64,000 bases of DNA, taken from NCBI GenBank assembly GCA_951406725.2, contig OX597821.1, positions 51,832,001 to 51,896,000 of the forward strand, given 5' to 3'. The notes under the pieces are model-generated. The model was given only the letters and a program-made list of their open reading frames with translations, was not told where the DNA came from and made no database searches. Made by a program: the position numbers and the translations under genes. Shown piece by piece: positions 27,861 to 38,984 of this stretch. Position 1 is the first letter of the stretch, and every line of letters starts with the position of its first letter. The stretch is from Octopus vulgaris. Lineage: Eukaryota.

Positions 27861-28849
27861 AGAATAAGTACCAGGCTTTAAAAAACCTAAGAACTGGGAT
27901 CAATTCTTTGACTAAAAATCTTTCAAGATGCTGTACAGTGGGACTGAACCCAGAACCATGTGGTTGGGAAGCAATCTCCTGAAAACACAGCCATGCCTGC
28001 CTGCACCAGCATCAAACTATAAAGACAAAATTAATTCAAGTGCACAAATAATGGCTATTCCATTAACTGCAAAGACATTTGTTTCATATACTGTGCTCCC
28101 TTAGAGCAAAATATATGCCAAACAAATCTGGGTAATTTCTTTGCCTTTAAAGCTTATGATAATTATTCACAAGCCATAAGATGATCATCCTTTTTCTTTC
28201 AATATCTCCCAATACTCCATCACCTCTTATCACCCAGCAGTCAGTGGCATTTCTGATGAAAACATACCCATAATAATATTACTGCATTTTTATTTATTCC
28301 CTTATGTTTATCACTTCAAATACTTTTCTTCTTTTTTTTTTTTTTGTTTATTATGAATACATACTCAATGGTGTGGACTCAGAAATTGATATTTTCATGC
28401 ATACAAGTAGATGTAATAGTTAACGTTTTGAAATACTCTTTTGGAATGGATTGTAATTTTATAACATGGAAATCAATGGGAAGATAGATTTTCGCATTAT
28501 GGAATTCCACATTATGGCAAAACTTTCAGATGCAAAATCAGTGAAGCTGGATATACCAATACACATAACACACAAATTTGCATGTGTACGTGTGTGTGTG
28601 TATGTATATATGTGTATGTGCATTTATCCATGTATCTGTGTATATATGTATATATATTTGGCATTAGACACAGAAACCATGCAGTTTGTATTGCAGCACA
28701 ATGCATTCTATGGATTTGTCAGACTCTGTCAAACCGTTCAGTATATGACAACATGAAATATGGATATTACAGTTCTATATTTAAGAGATGAGAAATTATG
28801 TACATTATTTACATTTGACAGATATTTGTCCTCATCTTGCTTATTGTTA

Positions 28850-28892
28850 ACACAATGTTTCAGCTGTATACCCTCCAGCCTTCATCAGGTTT
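28850..28892 (-). ncRNA. Minimal hammerhead ribozyme motif (left arm)
   Basis: Minus strand: AAAC-CTGATGA-A-GGCTG gagggtata CAGCT-GAAAC-AT-T-GTGT. Confidence 0.55.
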
Positions 28893-28926
28893 CTTGGGGA
28901 AATTTCAAACTTGGGTTATTATTATA

Positions 28927-28972
<46 letters not shown>

Positions 28973-29100
28973 TCACTGCCTGCAATCAAAATCAGAATCT
29001 TGGGGTTAACCACCAGGCCATATGCCTACGGGCATATGCCATAGTGGTTAAGAGCGCAGGCTACTAACCCCAAGATTTGGAGTTCAATTCCAGGCAGTGA

Positions 29101-29156
<56 letters not shown>

Positions 29157-29204
29157 TCAAAAAATACCTTAGGAATGAGAACTCAGGTTCAAAATTTCCC
29201 CAAG

Positions 29205-29248
29205 ACACCTGAAGAAGGCTGAAGGGTATATCAGCTGAAACATTGTGT
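29205..29248 (+). ncRNA. Minimal type I hammerhead ribozyme motif (CpG-decayed)
   Basis: ACAC-CTGAAGA-A-GGCTGA agggtata TCAGCT-GAAAC-AT-T-GTGT: stem I ACAC/GTGT, core CUGANGA, stem II, GAAA, degenerate stem III. Confidence 0.6.
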
Positions 29249-29394
29249 TAACAACAAACAAGATAAGGACAAATATCCATCAAATGTAAATAATGGAAAT
29301 AATGGAAGATGGATGTAAGAAGATGATGATGAGGAGGAGGAGGAAAATGATATATGCATACACACACCTATATATATGTGTGCATATAGTGTTT

Positions 29395-30650
29395 CCCCTC
29401 AGACAAGATCAAATAGGAAACTGCTCAGACTGTTCCGACAGGACAAAACCCAAACTACAAAATGTACTCTTCAGAGATACGTTGATGTTGTTGGGAGTAA
29501 CTCTAATGTCTCATTGAGATTTTCACAAGAGCCTGTCGAAACATCAGCTGGACTATCAATCTGAAGAAGATGAAAGTGCTGGGCCAAGGCATTGAGCATC
29601 CTTCAACCATTACTGTCAGCAACTGCAAGCTGAAGGCAGTCTACAAATTTATATACCTCAGATACAATGCCACAGATATATATTTCTTTACTACCCACAA
29701 GGGGCTAAACACAGAGGGGACAAACAAGGACAGACAAACGGATTAAATCGATCATATCGACCCCAATGCGCAACTGGTACTTAATTTATCGACCCCGAGA
29801 GGATGAAAGGCTAAGTCGACCTCGGCGGAATTTGAACCCTGGACGTAGCGGCAGACGAAATACGGCTATGCATTTCGCCCGGCGTGCTAACGATTCTACC
29901 AGCTCGCCGCCGATATATACCACAGATATAGCTTCTCTAGAGTCTGAGATGATCAAACACATCAGAAAAAAGCTTCAACACTAGCTAGGGTGACAACAAA
30001 AGTCTGAGAGAACAGTTGGCTAATGGCACATATAAAGGCTGCTGTTTACAGAGCTTGTGTCCTTAGCACATGCTATATGACAATGAGACCTGGTGCCTAT
30101 ACTCCAGACAAGAGGAACATTTCAACTCCTTCCACTACTACTCAGCCAAAGATGGATGCTGGATATTATGTGAGCTGATGAAATCCTGGTTTGTGCCCAA
30201 CTGCCCAGCTTCTTCGTCCCACAACTACAATGAACCTTCTGCTGGTTAGGCCATGCACAGTGCATGTCAGGTGAACTAAGCCTGAAAGATCTGATGAATG
30301 GGGAACTGGCTTCCAGCAGGAAAAGACATGGCTAGCTCCATCTTCCTTTCTAAGACATTTACAAGAAAGACATGTTGAAATGAGGACATTATTGGTGATC
30401 ACCTCCCCACCCCACCACCACCATCACAAGCAAATAGAACTTGGCAAGGGATTGAGAGGAGAGATTGGGGCTTGCCAATAAAGAGAAACGGCACCAATAC
30501 AAGACTGGCTAACTAAGTTTTCATATGTAAGAACTACAGCCAAAACTGTTGTGCATGTGTGGGTCCCTACAGTCACAACAGGTGCTGTTCTGCCAACAAA
30601 ACTGAAGCAAGACTTAACAGGTGTAAATCTATGGTCCTATGGGACAAACA
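29395..30650 (+). mobile_element. Degraded RTE-BovB-type LINE, interrupted by a SINE
   Basis: Fragments TINLKKMKVLGQG..KLKAVYKFIYL, KAAVYRACVLST..YDNETWCLYSRQEEHFNSFH, terminal YSHNRCC. Confidence 0.75.
29681..29912 (-). mobile_element. tRNA-SINE with Deu/Nin-like central domain; TSD CCACAGATATA
   Basis: Minus strand ggcggcgagctgg...gcctttcatcctctcggggtcgataaattaagtaccag; TSD at 29670-29680 and 29920-29930. Confidence 0.8.
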
Positions 30651-31069
30651 CATAAAAAGCACCTGTGCTGGTGCCACATAAAAGCACCTATACTGGTGTT
30701 GGATAAAAGCACCCAGTACACCCTGTAAAGTGGTTGGTGTTAGGAAGAAACCATACCAAAATAGATATGGAGCTCAAGCAGTTCTCTAGTTCTTGTCAAA
30801 CCATCCAACGCATGCTAGCATGGAAAATGGGCATATTATGATGATGCTGACAATGAGGATGACAGTGTGTACCTATGTGTCTGTGTATGTACATGTGGAT
30901 ATATATATATATAGTGGTCGCACCAGTTGATCCTGTCTCCTCTCATCACCCAGGAACTTCTACTGGACTTTCCACACTTCATCTGCACCTCTCCTGCCTA
31001 TGGATAACAGTGGACTCCTCTGTTGATAAATATATATATATATCCGTTTCTAGGTTTTTCATTTTTCAG

Positions 31070-31084
31070 ATGTTCTTCCTAGAG
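31070..31084 (+). CDS. Candidate 15-nt in-frame microexon (adds DVLPR)
   Basis: tttttcatttttcag|ATGTTCTTCCTAGAG|gtaaga; symmetric phase 1, no stop in the host frame. No transcript evidence available. Confidence 0.3.
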
Positions 31085-31235
31085 GTAAGACAATTTTTTT
31101 CATGTTTGTTGCCCACACGCATCTTTACTAGTACATACGCAGTGAAGCTATACATTAGCGTCGTATTTATTACGTTCGCTATTTTCCAGTAAATATCGGT
31201 GCTTCGTGGTGCCATTTATTTAGTTTATATATATC

Positions 31236-31276
<41 letters not shown>

Positions 31277-31439
31277 GTAAATACTTTTTTATGTGGTGCA
31301 TGCATTGGACACAAAGGAGGAATATCTTTTTCTAATTCCCAATCAGAATAGATATTGTGCTCCAGCATGACCTTTGCTGTGATGGCAAATAAGGACTAAA
31401 ATAACAACAAAGTCTATTTGTTTTAATTTCATAGTTATT

Positions 31440-33880
31440 GATTGCGCCAACACCTTTACAACTATTCCACTACTACCACCCAAGCCTCCTCACAACCATC
31501 GTTACACCACCACCACCACCACCACCACCACCATCATATCCCTATTTCTACCATCGCCACACTACCACATAAACACAACCATTTCTACCAATCACCACCA
31601 TCACCACCGCCATTGCCCTCTCCGCCGCCGCCACCACCCTGCCCCCGATACCATTGCCCACCACCACCACCACCACTACTACCACTGCGCCCCTCACCAC
31701 TTCCACCCCTACCACCATCTCTACCATCACCACTACACTAACAAACACCACCACCACACCACCTCTACCACCACCACCACCACCATTACAACCATCGCCA
31801 CCATCAACAGTACAACAGCTGCAACAATTTACTGCTGTCTCTACTGACGTTGCTGCAGCCACCACCACCGACCAGACTCCACACTCGGCAGCACAACAAC
31901 AACAACAACAACAACATTTTGTATTTTAATTAGTTTAAACATGACAATAGCAAAATCAACAACAAAACAACAACAACATCCCGGCGTCAAATTGTTTTCG
32001 TCGTAAACGAGAAACAGTTTTTACGGACAGATTTTACGGACAGCATTACTAAACCACTCCTGTTTTTACTATCATATCAATAATAATTGTTTCTGATAAT
32101 ATCCAAGAAGCCAGAAATCGGTGGGGGAGGGGGAAAGTCGATGGCATCGACCCCCACCCCAGTACCCTCATTGGTGGTAGATTATCGTATATCGATCCCG
32201 GTGGAACGGAAAGGCAAATAAGTTGACTTTCGGCGGCGGGGGTTGAACTCAGGAACGTTAAACAGCCGGAAGAAATACCGCACGCATCGCATTTTATATC
32301 GTCTAAATGTTCTGCCGGTTCTGCTAAACCCACAACACCAGTAATAACAACAACAGTTGGAGTAATAACAACGGCGGCAGGAGCAATAACAAAGTAATAA
32401 CAGCAACAATAATTTATAGTAATAACAATCATAATAACCACGAGACTTAAGTCGTCTCTTCGTGTTCCCTGTCCTGCTAGTAATAGCAACCAAATCCGCC
32501 TCAAACCACACTTAATTGTCTTAAAAAAATTAGACACATTGGAAAACGTAGTCTGAGTACAATATTGCTAAGCGTAATAATAATAATAACGAAGGCTAGT
32601 CATGGATGGAACGTCTTTGATTATAGGTCTATTTGAAGAGGGCTGATGGCCTACAGCTAAACAGCAACGAAAACCAACACTACCACCACCACAACTACCG
32701 CATAAACTACCACTGTTTTACTACTATTCATACCACTACCAAGCCCACCAGCAGCAACACCAACAATACCAGAAACTATATACGTTACTATTACCACCAC
32801 CACCACAACTACCACCTATACTAGCAGTTATATCGTCGTCGTCGTCATCACCATCATCAGCAGCAGCGCAAATAACACCAGCAGCAACAACAACAACTGT
32901 TACAAAACCGTAACAAAATCTTTCCCGAGCGGACAACAACAACAACAACAGCTACTACTACTACTACGACTACTACTACTACTACAACAACAATAGCTGA
33001 TGTGGTAGCTGCTATAACATCAACAACGTTAATAACATCTACCATTACTACTACTACTACTACTACTACTACTGCTACTACTACTGTAGCAACAATAACA
33101 ACTGTAACATCAACATCAATATCAACAATAATAACGTCTACGACATCAACAGCTGCCAAAACAGAATCGCTCGAAGCAGACACATTGTGACAACAACGGC
33201 AACACTTGCTAGCAAGACAGCAACCAAGTAAGCAATGATGAAAGCAATTTAGCAATTACTTACAGCAACCGCAACAACAGCAATAACAACAACAACAACA
33301 ACAGAGATATTACAAACTACCACCGCTACCGATCACCAGAGATCGAACTAGCAATCATCATGTTCGCAACGAGAGGATAAACGTTTGAATGGAGTACCAC
33401 TGTATATAGTTGCTAGCATCAGCATCAGCAGCAGCAGCTACGTGGTGGCTGCTGCGCTGCAACATGTAGCAACAACAACAACAACAACAACAATACTAGC
33501 AGCAACGGTAATAACAACAGCAGCAGCAGCAGCGATAGCACAAACAACAACAACAACAACAGCAAATAATAATAATAAACAAAACAAGAATGCCGCCGCC
33601 GCCGTCGCCGCCATCATCACAATCAGCTCCAGCGCCAACAGCGACGGCAAGAACACTATCACCGCCACCATCACCGCCACAGCTCCCGTCATCACCACCA
33701 CCACCACTACCAATACCACAGCTACCGCTGTTATCATCTTGACCATGTGCAGTATTTACTTTTTCTTGTAAATTTTTCCGTATCAAAACATCCATCACCA
33801 CTACTACTACTACTACTACTACTATTACCACTACTAGTTGACGTAGTAGTAGTGGTAGTAGTAGTAGTAGTAGTATCGCC
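31440..33880. repeat. Compound trinucleotide low-complexity region (ACC/AAC/ACT/AGC/GCC)
   Basis: Direct reading; gives poly-T/P/H/V/A pseudo-ORFs. Confidence 0.85.
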
Positions 33881-34292
33881 ACTAGCAACATATGCAGTGC
33901 ATGAAAGTGTGGGGATCATCTGTGTTGACACTAGGGTACATAACACGCACACACACACACACACACACACTCACAAATGGCTTATGTGTATATGTAACCA
34001 TAATATTTGTGTGTGTGTGTGTGTGTGTGTGTGCGTATGCAATGTTTACAATGTGCATAGATGTATATATGTATATATAATGTGTGCAAATGTATGAGAA
34101 TATGTACATGCACATGTGTACATAATGTGGACATGGTTTCAGATTCTGTCCCATTCCGGACACCCACCCTGGCCAGTGCCTTCTACTATAGCCTGATGTG
34201 AAGCAATGCCATGGGAGCAAATATTTAGCAAACTGAAATTGTGTGAATGTCAGTTGCATGTGTGTGTACATATATATATGCATGTGTTATAT

Positions 34293-34501
34293 ACTCTTTA
34301 ACTTGTTTCAGTCATTTGACTGCGGCCATGCTGGAGCACCGCCTTTAGTCGAGCAAATCGATCCCGGACTTATTCTTTGTAAGCCCAGTACTTATTCTAT
34401 TGGTCTCTTTTGCCGAACCGCTAAGCGACGGGGACGTAAACAGACCAGCATCGGTTGTCAAGCAATGCTAGGGGAACAAACACAGACACACAAACACATA
34501 T

Positions 34502-34540
<39 letters not shown>

Positions 34541-34684
34541 TACAACAGGCTTCTTTCAGTTTCCGTCTACCAAATCCACTCACAATAGCAGAAGACACTT
34601 GCCCAAGATGCCACGCAGTGGGACTGAACCCGGAACCATGTGGTTGGTTAGCAAGCTACTTACCACACAGCCACTCCTGCGCCT
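34293..34684 (-). mobile_element. Main-family tRNA-SINE (head-to-head with 34731-35133)
   Basis: Family consensus match. Confidence 0.85.
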
Positions 34685-34730
34685 ATATATATTATATCAT
34701 ATTATATTATATATTATATTGTATTATATA

Positions 34731-35133
34731 TGGCTGTGTGGTAAGAAGCTTGCTTGTCAACCACATGGTTCTGGGTTCAGTCCTGCTGTGTAGCACCTTG
34801 GGCAAGTGTCTTCTATAGCCTCCAGCCAACTAAAGCCTTGAGTAGATTTGGTAGATGGAAACTGAAAGAAGCCCGTTGTATATATATATATATGTATGTA
34901 TACATATTTCTGTATCTTTATGTCTGCGTTTGTCCACCTGACAGCGCTTGACAACCGGTGTTGGTGTGTTTGTGTCCCTATAATTTAGTGGTTCGGCAAA
35001 AGAGACCGATAGAATAAGTTCTAGGTATACAAAGAATAAGTCCTGGGGTCGATTTGTTCAACTATAACTCTACAAGGTAGTGCTCCAGCATGGCTGCAGT
35101 CAAAGGAGTGAAATGTGTAAAAGAATAAAAGAA
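34731..35133 (+). mobile_element. Main-family tRNA-SINE
   Basis: Family consensus match. Confidence 0.85.
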
Positions 35134-35160
35134 CACACACACATATCTATACACACATAT

Positions 35161-35201
<41 letters not shown>

Positions 35202-35395
35202 TATGTGCATACACAAACACTCATACACGCGTGTGCACGAGAATGTGTCAGAAAGTCATGCAATTTTTATTTGCATCACTTTCTGATTCATCCTTGCATA
35301 TATATATCATCATCATTCAAAATGTGACCGCGTGTGTACCGTTGGCGATTTTTTTTCCTCCGTCTTTCTTTCCTTGGATCTTTCCTTTTTTCTAT

Positions 35396-35430
35396 GTTTC
35401 TGACGACGAGCTCCACTCGAAACGTTAAAT
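35396..35430 (+). ncRNA. Minimal hammerhead motif with palindromic ACGT stem III
   Basis: GTTT-CTGACGA-C-GAG ctcca CTC-GAAACGT-T-AAAT; same family at 48447-48481 (core mutated to CCGACGA). Confidence 0.55.
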
Positions 35431-35528
35431 CCTCTTTCTTTCTATCCTTTCCTTAGCGTCCAACAACACTATACTTGTTCCATGTCCCCGCGTTGTTGTG
35501 TTTTCTCTTTGTGTTTTCATGTTTGCAT

Positions 35529-35598
<70 letters not shown>

Positions 35599-35648
35599 TC
35601 GTTAGCTCCTACATGCATTTTTTTTCTCTCCTTGTTTTTTTCTGTGTA

Positions 35649-35686
35649 TCTTTCTGTCGAAGAGCGTAGGCTCGAAACGTTAAAGA
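35649..35686 (+). ncRNA. Minimal hammerhead-like motif with variant core (CUGUCGA)
   Basis: TCTTT-CTGTCGA-A-GAGC gtag GCTC-GAAACGT-T-AAAGA; perfect stems I and II. Confidence 0.45.
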
Positions 35687-36112
35687 CTTTTTCTATTTCT
35701 ATTCCTGAGCGCTATACTAATACATTTGTTTGTTTGTACTCCACCTGCCTTCGTCTTTTGTTTATTTTCGTAAACTTTCCCGTTATATATATATATATAT
35801 ATATGTAATTATGTATGTATATATATTCAGCATATTTGTATGTGTGTGTGCATGCACGCGCATGTGGCTTTTTGTTTGTCCCCTCCCACAACCACCACCA
35901 CATCAGCTTGACAACTGGTGTTGGTTTGTTTATGTCACCATAACTAAGCAGTTTGACAGTAAGAAAAGCAATTAGAGACTTAAAAACAATTACTGGGGTA
36001 TGATTTACTTGACTTAATTCAGCAAATGAATGAAACACAAAAAAGAATAAAAGAATATGTATATAACGTATACATATATTCATGTGTGTGTGCCCTCATT
36101 TTATATGTATAT

Positions 36113-36158
<46 letters not shown>

Positions 36159-36190
36159 TTTATTTAAAGCAGCAGAAAATTCAACAAAAT

Positions 36191-36228
36191 CTGTTACTCT
36201 GAGTTTCTCGTTGCCGTTCATCAGACAG
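36191..36228 (-). ncRNA. Type I hammerhead ribozyme motif, GUA cleavage triplet
   Basis: Minus strand: CTGT-CTGATGA-ACG GCAA CGA-GAAAC TCAG AGT-A-ACAG; stem I CTGT/ACAG, GCAA-capped stem II, stem III ACT/AGT. Confidence 0.65.
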
Positions 36229-36253
36229 TTTTTGCTAGAAAAAACTGCAAAAA

Positions 36254-36291
36254 CTTTCTGATGAACGGCAACGAGAAACTCAGAGTAACAG
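36254..36291 (+). ncRNA. Mirror copy of the hammerhead motif (one stem I mismatch)
   Basis: CTTT-CTGATGA-ACGGCAACGA-GAAACTCAGAGT-A-ACAG. Confidence 0.55.
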
Positions 36292-36424
36292 ATTTTGTTG
36301 AATTTTCTGCTGCTTTAAATAAAGCATATTACTCTACCACTGGTATTTGAGTACTCTTTTTTCCACCTTGTTTCACATTTATGTGTTTACTCCGGTATAT
36401 ATATATATATTACTCTCGCTTTTT

Positions 36425-36643
36425 ACTCTTTTACTTGTTTCAGTCACTTTGACTGTGGCCATGCTGGAGCACCACCTTTAGTCGAGCAAATCGACCCCAG
36501 GAGTTAGTCTTTGTAAGCCTAGTACTTATTCTATCGGTCTCTTTGGCCGAACCGCTAAGTTACAGGGACGTAAACACATCAGCATCGGTTGTCAAGCGAT
36601 GTTGGGGGGACAAACACAGACACACAAACATATACATGCATAC

Positions 36644-36676
<33 letters not shown>

Positions 36677-36849
36677 CATATATACGACAGGCTTCTTTCA
36701 GTTTCCGTCTACCAAATCCACTCACAAGGCTTTGGTCGGCCCGAAGCTATAGTAGAAGACACTTCGCCCAAGGTGCCACGCAGTGGGACTGAACCCGGAA
36801 CCATGTGATTGGTAAGCAAGCTACTTACCACACAGCCACTCCTATGTCT
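36425..36849 (-). mobile_element. Main-family tRNA-SINE, near full length
   Basis: Family consensus match, CpGs largely retained. Confidence 0.85.
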
Positions 36850-36964
36850 ACATATATATATATATATATAACTGCACGGTTGTATAAATTGGCAACGTGG
36901 TCTTCTGACATATTGTAAGTTATAACAGTTCTAGTCCTGTAGAAGCTCCTTCTATAAAATAAAA

Positions 36965-36995
<31 letters not shown>

Positions 36996-36996
36996 T

Positions 36997-37043
<47 letters not shown>

Positions 37044-37968
37044 TGTATATAAATATATATGAGTGGATGAGAACATATGTATGTATGTTTTTGTATATAT
37101 GTGCACACGTGTATGCATGTGTATTATTTCTTTGTGATTTCATCGTGAAAAGCCAAGTACTTTCAATGCATGTGTTAGGAGCATGTGGTGTTTATAAGCA
37201 GTAACTGCATGAGGCCTTTAGGTACAAGTAAACATTTAAGTAAATATTTACGTTTATCAACAAATCGACACACACACACGCACACACATAAATGAACTAT
37301 CGGCTGCTGTTTTCAAAGTCAAGTACTATTTGATGTAGAAGCAAAGAGCTGTAGCCATGGCAACTGCAGCTTATCCCCCACATCCACACCCATACACTCC
37401 CACACACCAAGCCAGTAAGCTGTTTGGACTTTAGAAGCAGTAAAGACAAACAAACCCTGTATGAGGGAATGGACCACATAGCTATTGTATTTGCCGGTGT
37501 ATGAGATATGCTCTCGCAATAGGCAAACCCCTATGTTTTTGTAGAAAATATGTATATTTTGTGGGAAAAGCAAATTTAATGTTTTGTCATACACTCAGTA
37601 TCCCATCTGTAATACGGTTGCATTAGATGCATGCCAAATTTTTGTTTCATTTAAGAATAAGAAACAAGCATGTCTTAAAGACTGGCATACATAGTATCAC
37701 TGCTTATCGAGGAATCGTGTGTTGTCAATTCTACTATAACTGCACGGTTGTATAAATTGGCAACGTGGTCTTCTGACATATTGTAAGTTATATGGTTCAT
37801 TAGTTGTTGGTGGGCCCTTGAGCTAAAGAAGGAGAGAGAGAGACTGAAAGAAAGAGAAGAGAGACAAGAGAGAGAGAATGAGAGACAATGAGAGCCCTAC
37901 TATTATATTATGTAATCTAGCAGCAAGTTAAAGAGTATAAGGACTGTAGGTGAGAGGGAGTAATAAAG

Positions 37969-38000
<32 letters not shown>

Positions 38001-38376
38001 TAAGAAATTGGAGAATATAATGTCATCTGTTAAACTTATATAAATTCATTCATTATTTTAGATTATAGTATAATTGTTACTATTTAGTCCCGGGTTAGCA
38101 ATGATGGACTGTGCAAAGTTCTTCCAATTACGACCATCTTCACATTTTTTTTTTTTTTTTTGCCTTCTGTGCGAGAAATACAGGATGACATTGTTTAATG
38201 TAGGCATGGACAACCTTTTTTTTAGAAGTGGTCCACATGAGACACAGCTTGTCAACAAGTGGGCCACATTGCTAAAACAATTTCAAGGTAATTCTTCCTT
38301 GTTAGGTATGCCATTTTAGAAAGACCCATGAACTGCAGTTTACCTATGGCTGACCTAAAGTGTCTATTCCTTAAAC

Positions 38377-38984
38377 CAGTGGTTCTCAACTTTTTTTTTT
38401 ATACCTATATTTTTCTGGTCTTTAAAAACTAGTTTTATAGATACTTTTTTCAAAATTCCTATATTGTTTTTCACACATTAGCTTATTTATTTATGCGCCC
38501 TTTTCAAGCCTAGCCAGGCTCATGTGCCCGGTTTCCCGGTTTCTATAGTGTATGTGTTCCCCCCAGCTGGACGGGACACCAGTTGATCACAGCATAACTC
38601 AAGAAACAGGAAGAAAGAGTAAGAGAAAGTTGGGGTGAAACAGTACAACAGGGGTTGCCACCACCCCCTGCCAGAGCCTCATGGAGCTTTTAGGTGTTCT
38701 TGCTCAATAAACACACACAACGCCCAGTCTGGGAATTGAAACTGTGATCCTCTGACTGCGAGTCCACTGCCCTTGCCACTGGGCCATTGTGCCTCCACAT
38801 GCAGTTGAACTACATAAAACATAAAACATTACAGAAAGAAATTTAGCTGTTTTTTGCAATAAATACATCAAAATCAAAATTTTTCCATGGACCCTTAAAA
38901 TACTACAGTGGATCCTCAATTTACTATTTTATTTACGGGGACCCCCAAAACTCTTTTTATATAGACCTTAATTGAAAACCACTG
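38377..38984. mobile_element. hAT/Charlie-like MITE with nested SINE (38485-38800, -)
   Basis: TIRs CAGTGGTTCTCAA / TTGAAAACCACTG. Confidence 0.55.

Larger units (their letters stand above)
28770..29293. mobile_element. Second copy of the tRNA-head/hammerhead fold-back element (opposite orientation)
   Basis: Same sequence family as 1615-2176, with the inversion centre near 29028 (catatgcctacgggcatatg). Confidence 0.8.
36158..36395. mobile_element. Fold-back element: 78-bp inverted repeat with a hammerhead in each arm plus a ~70-bp one-sided tail
   Basis: Arms 36158-36235 and 36247-36324 differ by one base; flanked by (TA)n on both sides; a degenerate relative lies at 17758-17945. Confidence 0.8.

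Noticed and set aside
33385-33891. Hydrophobic / Thr-Ala-rich ORFs on both strands
   Set aside because: Trinucleotide low complexity; no splice or homology support.
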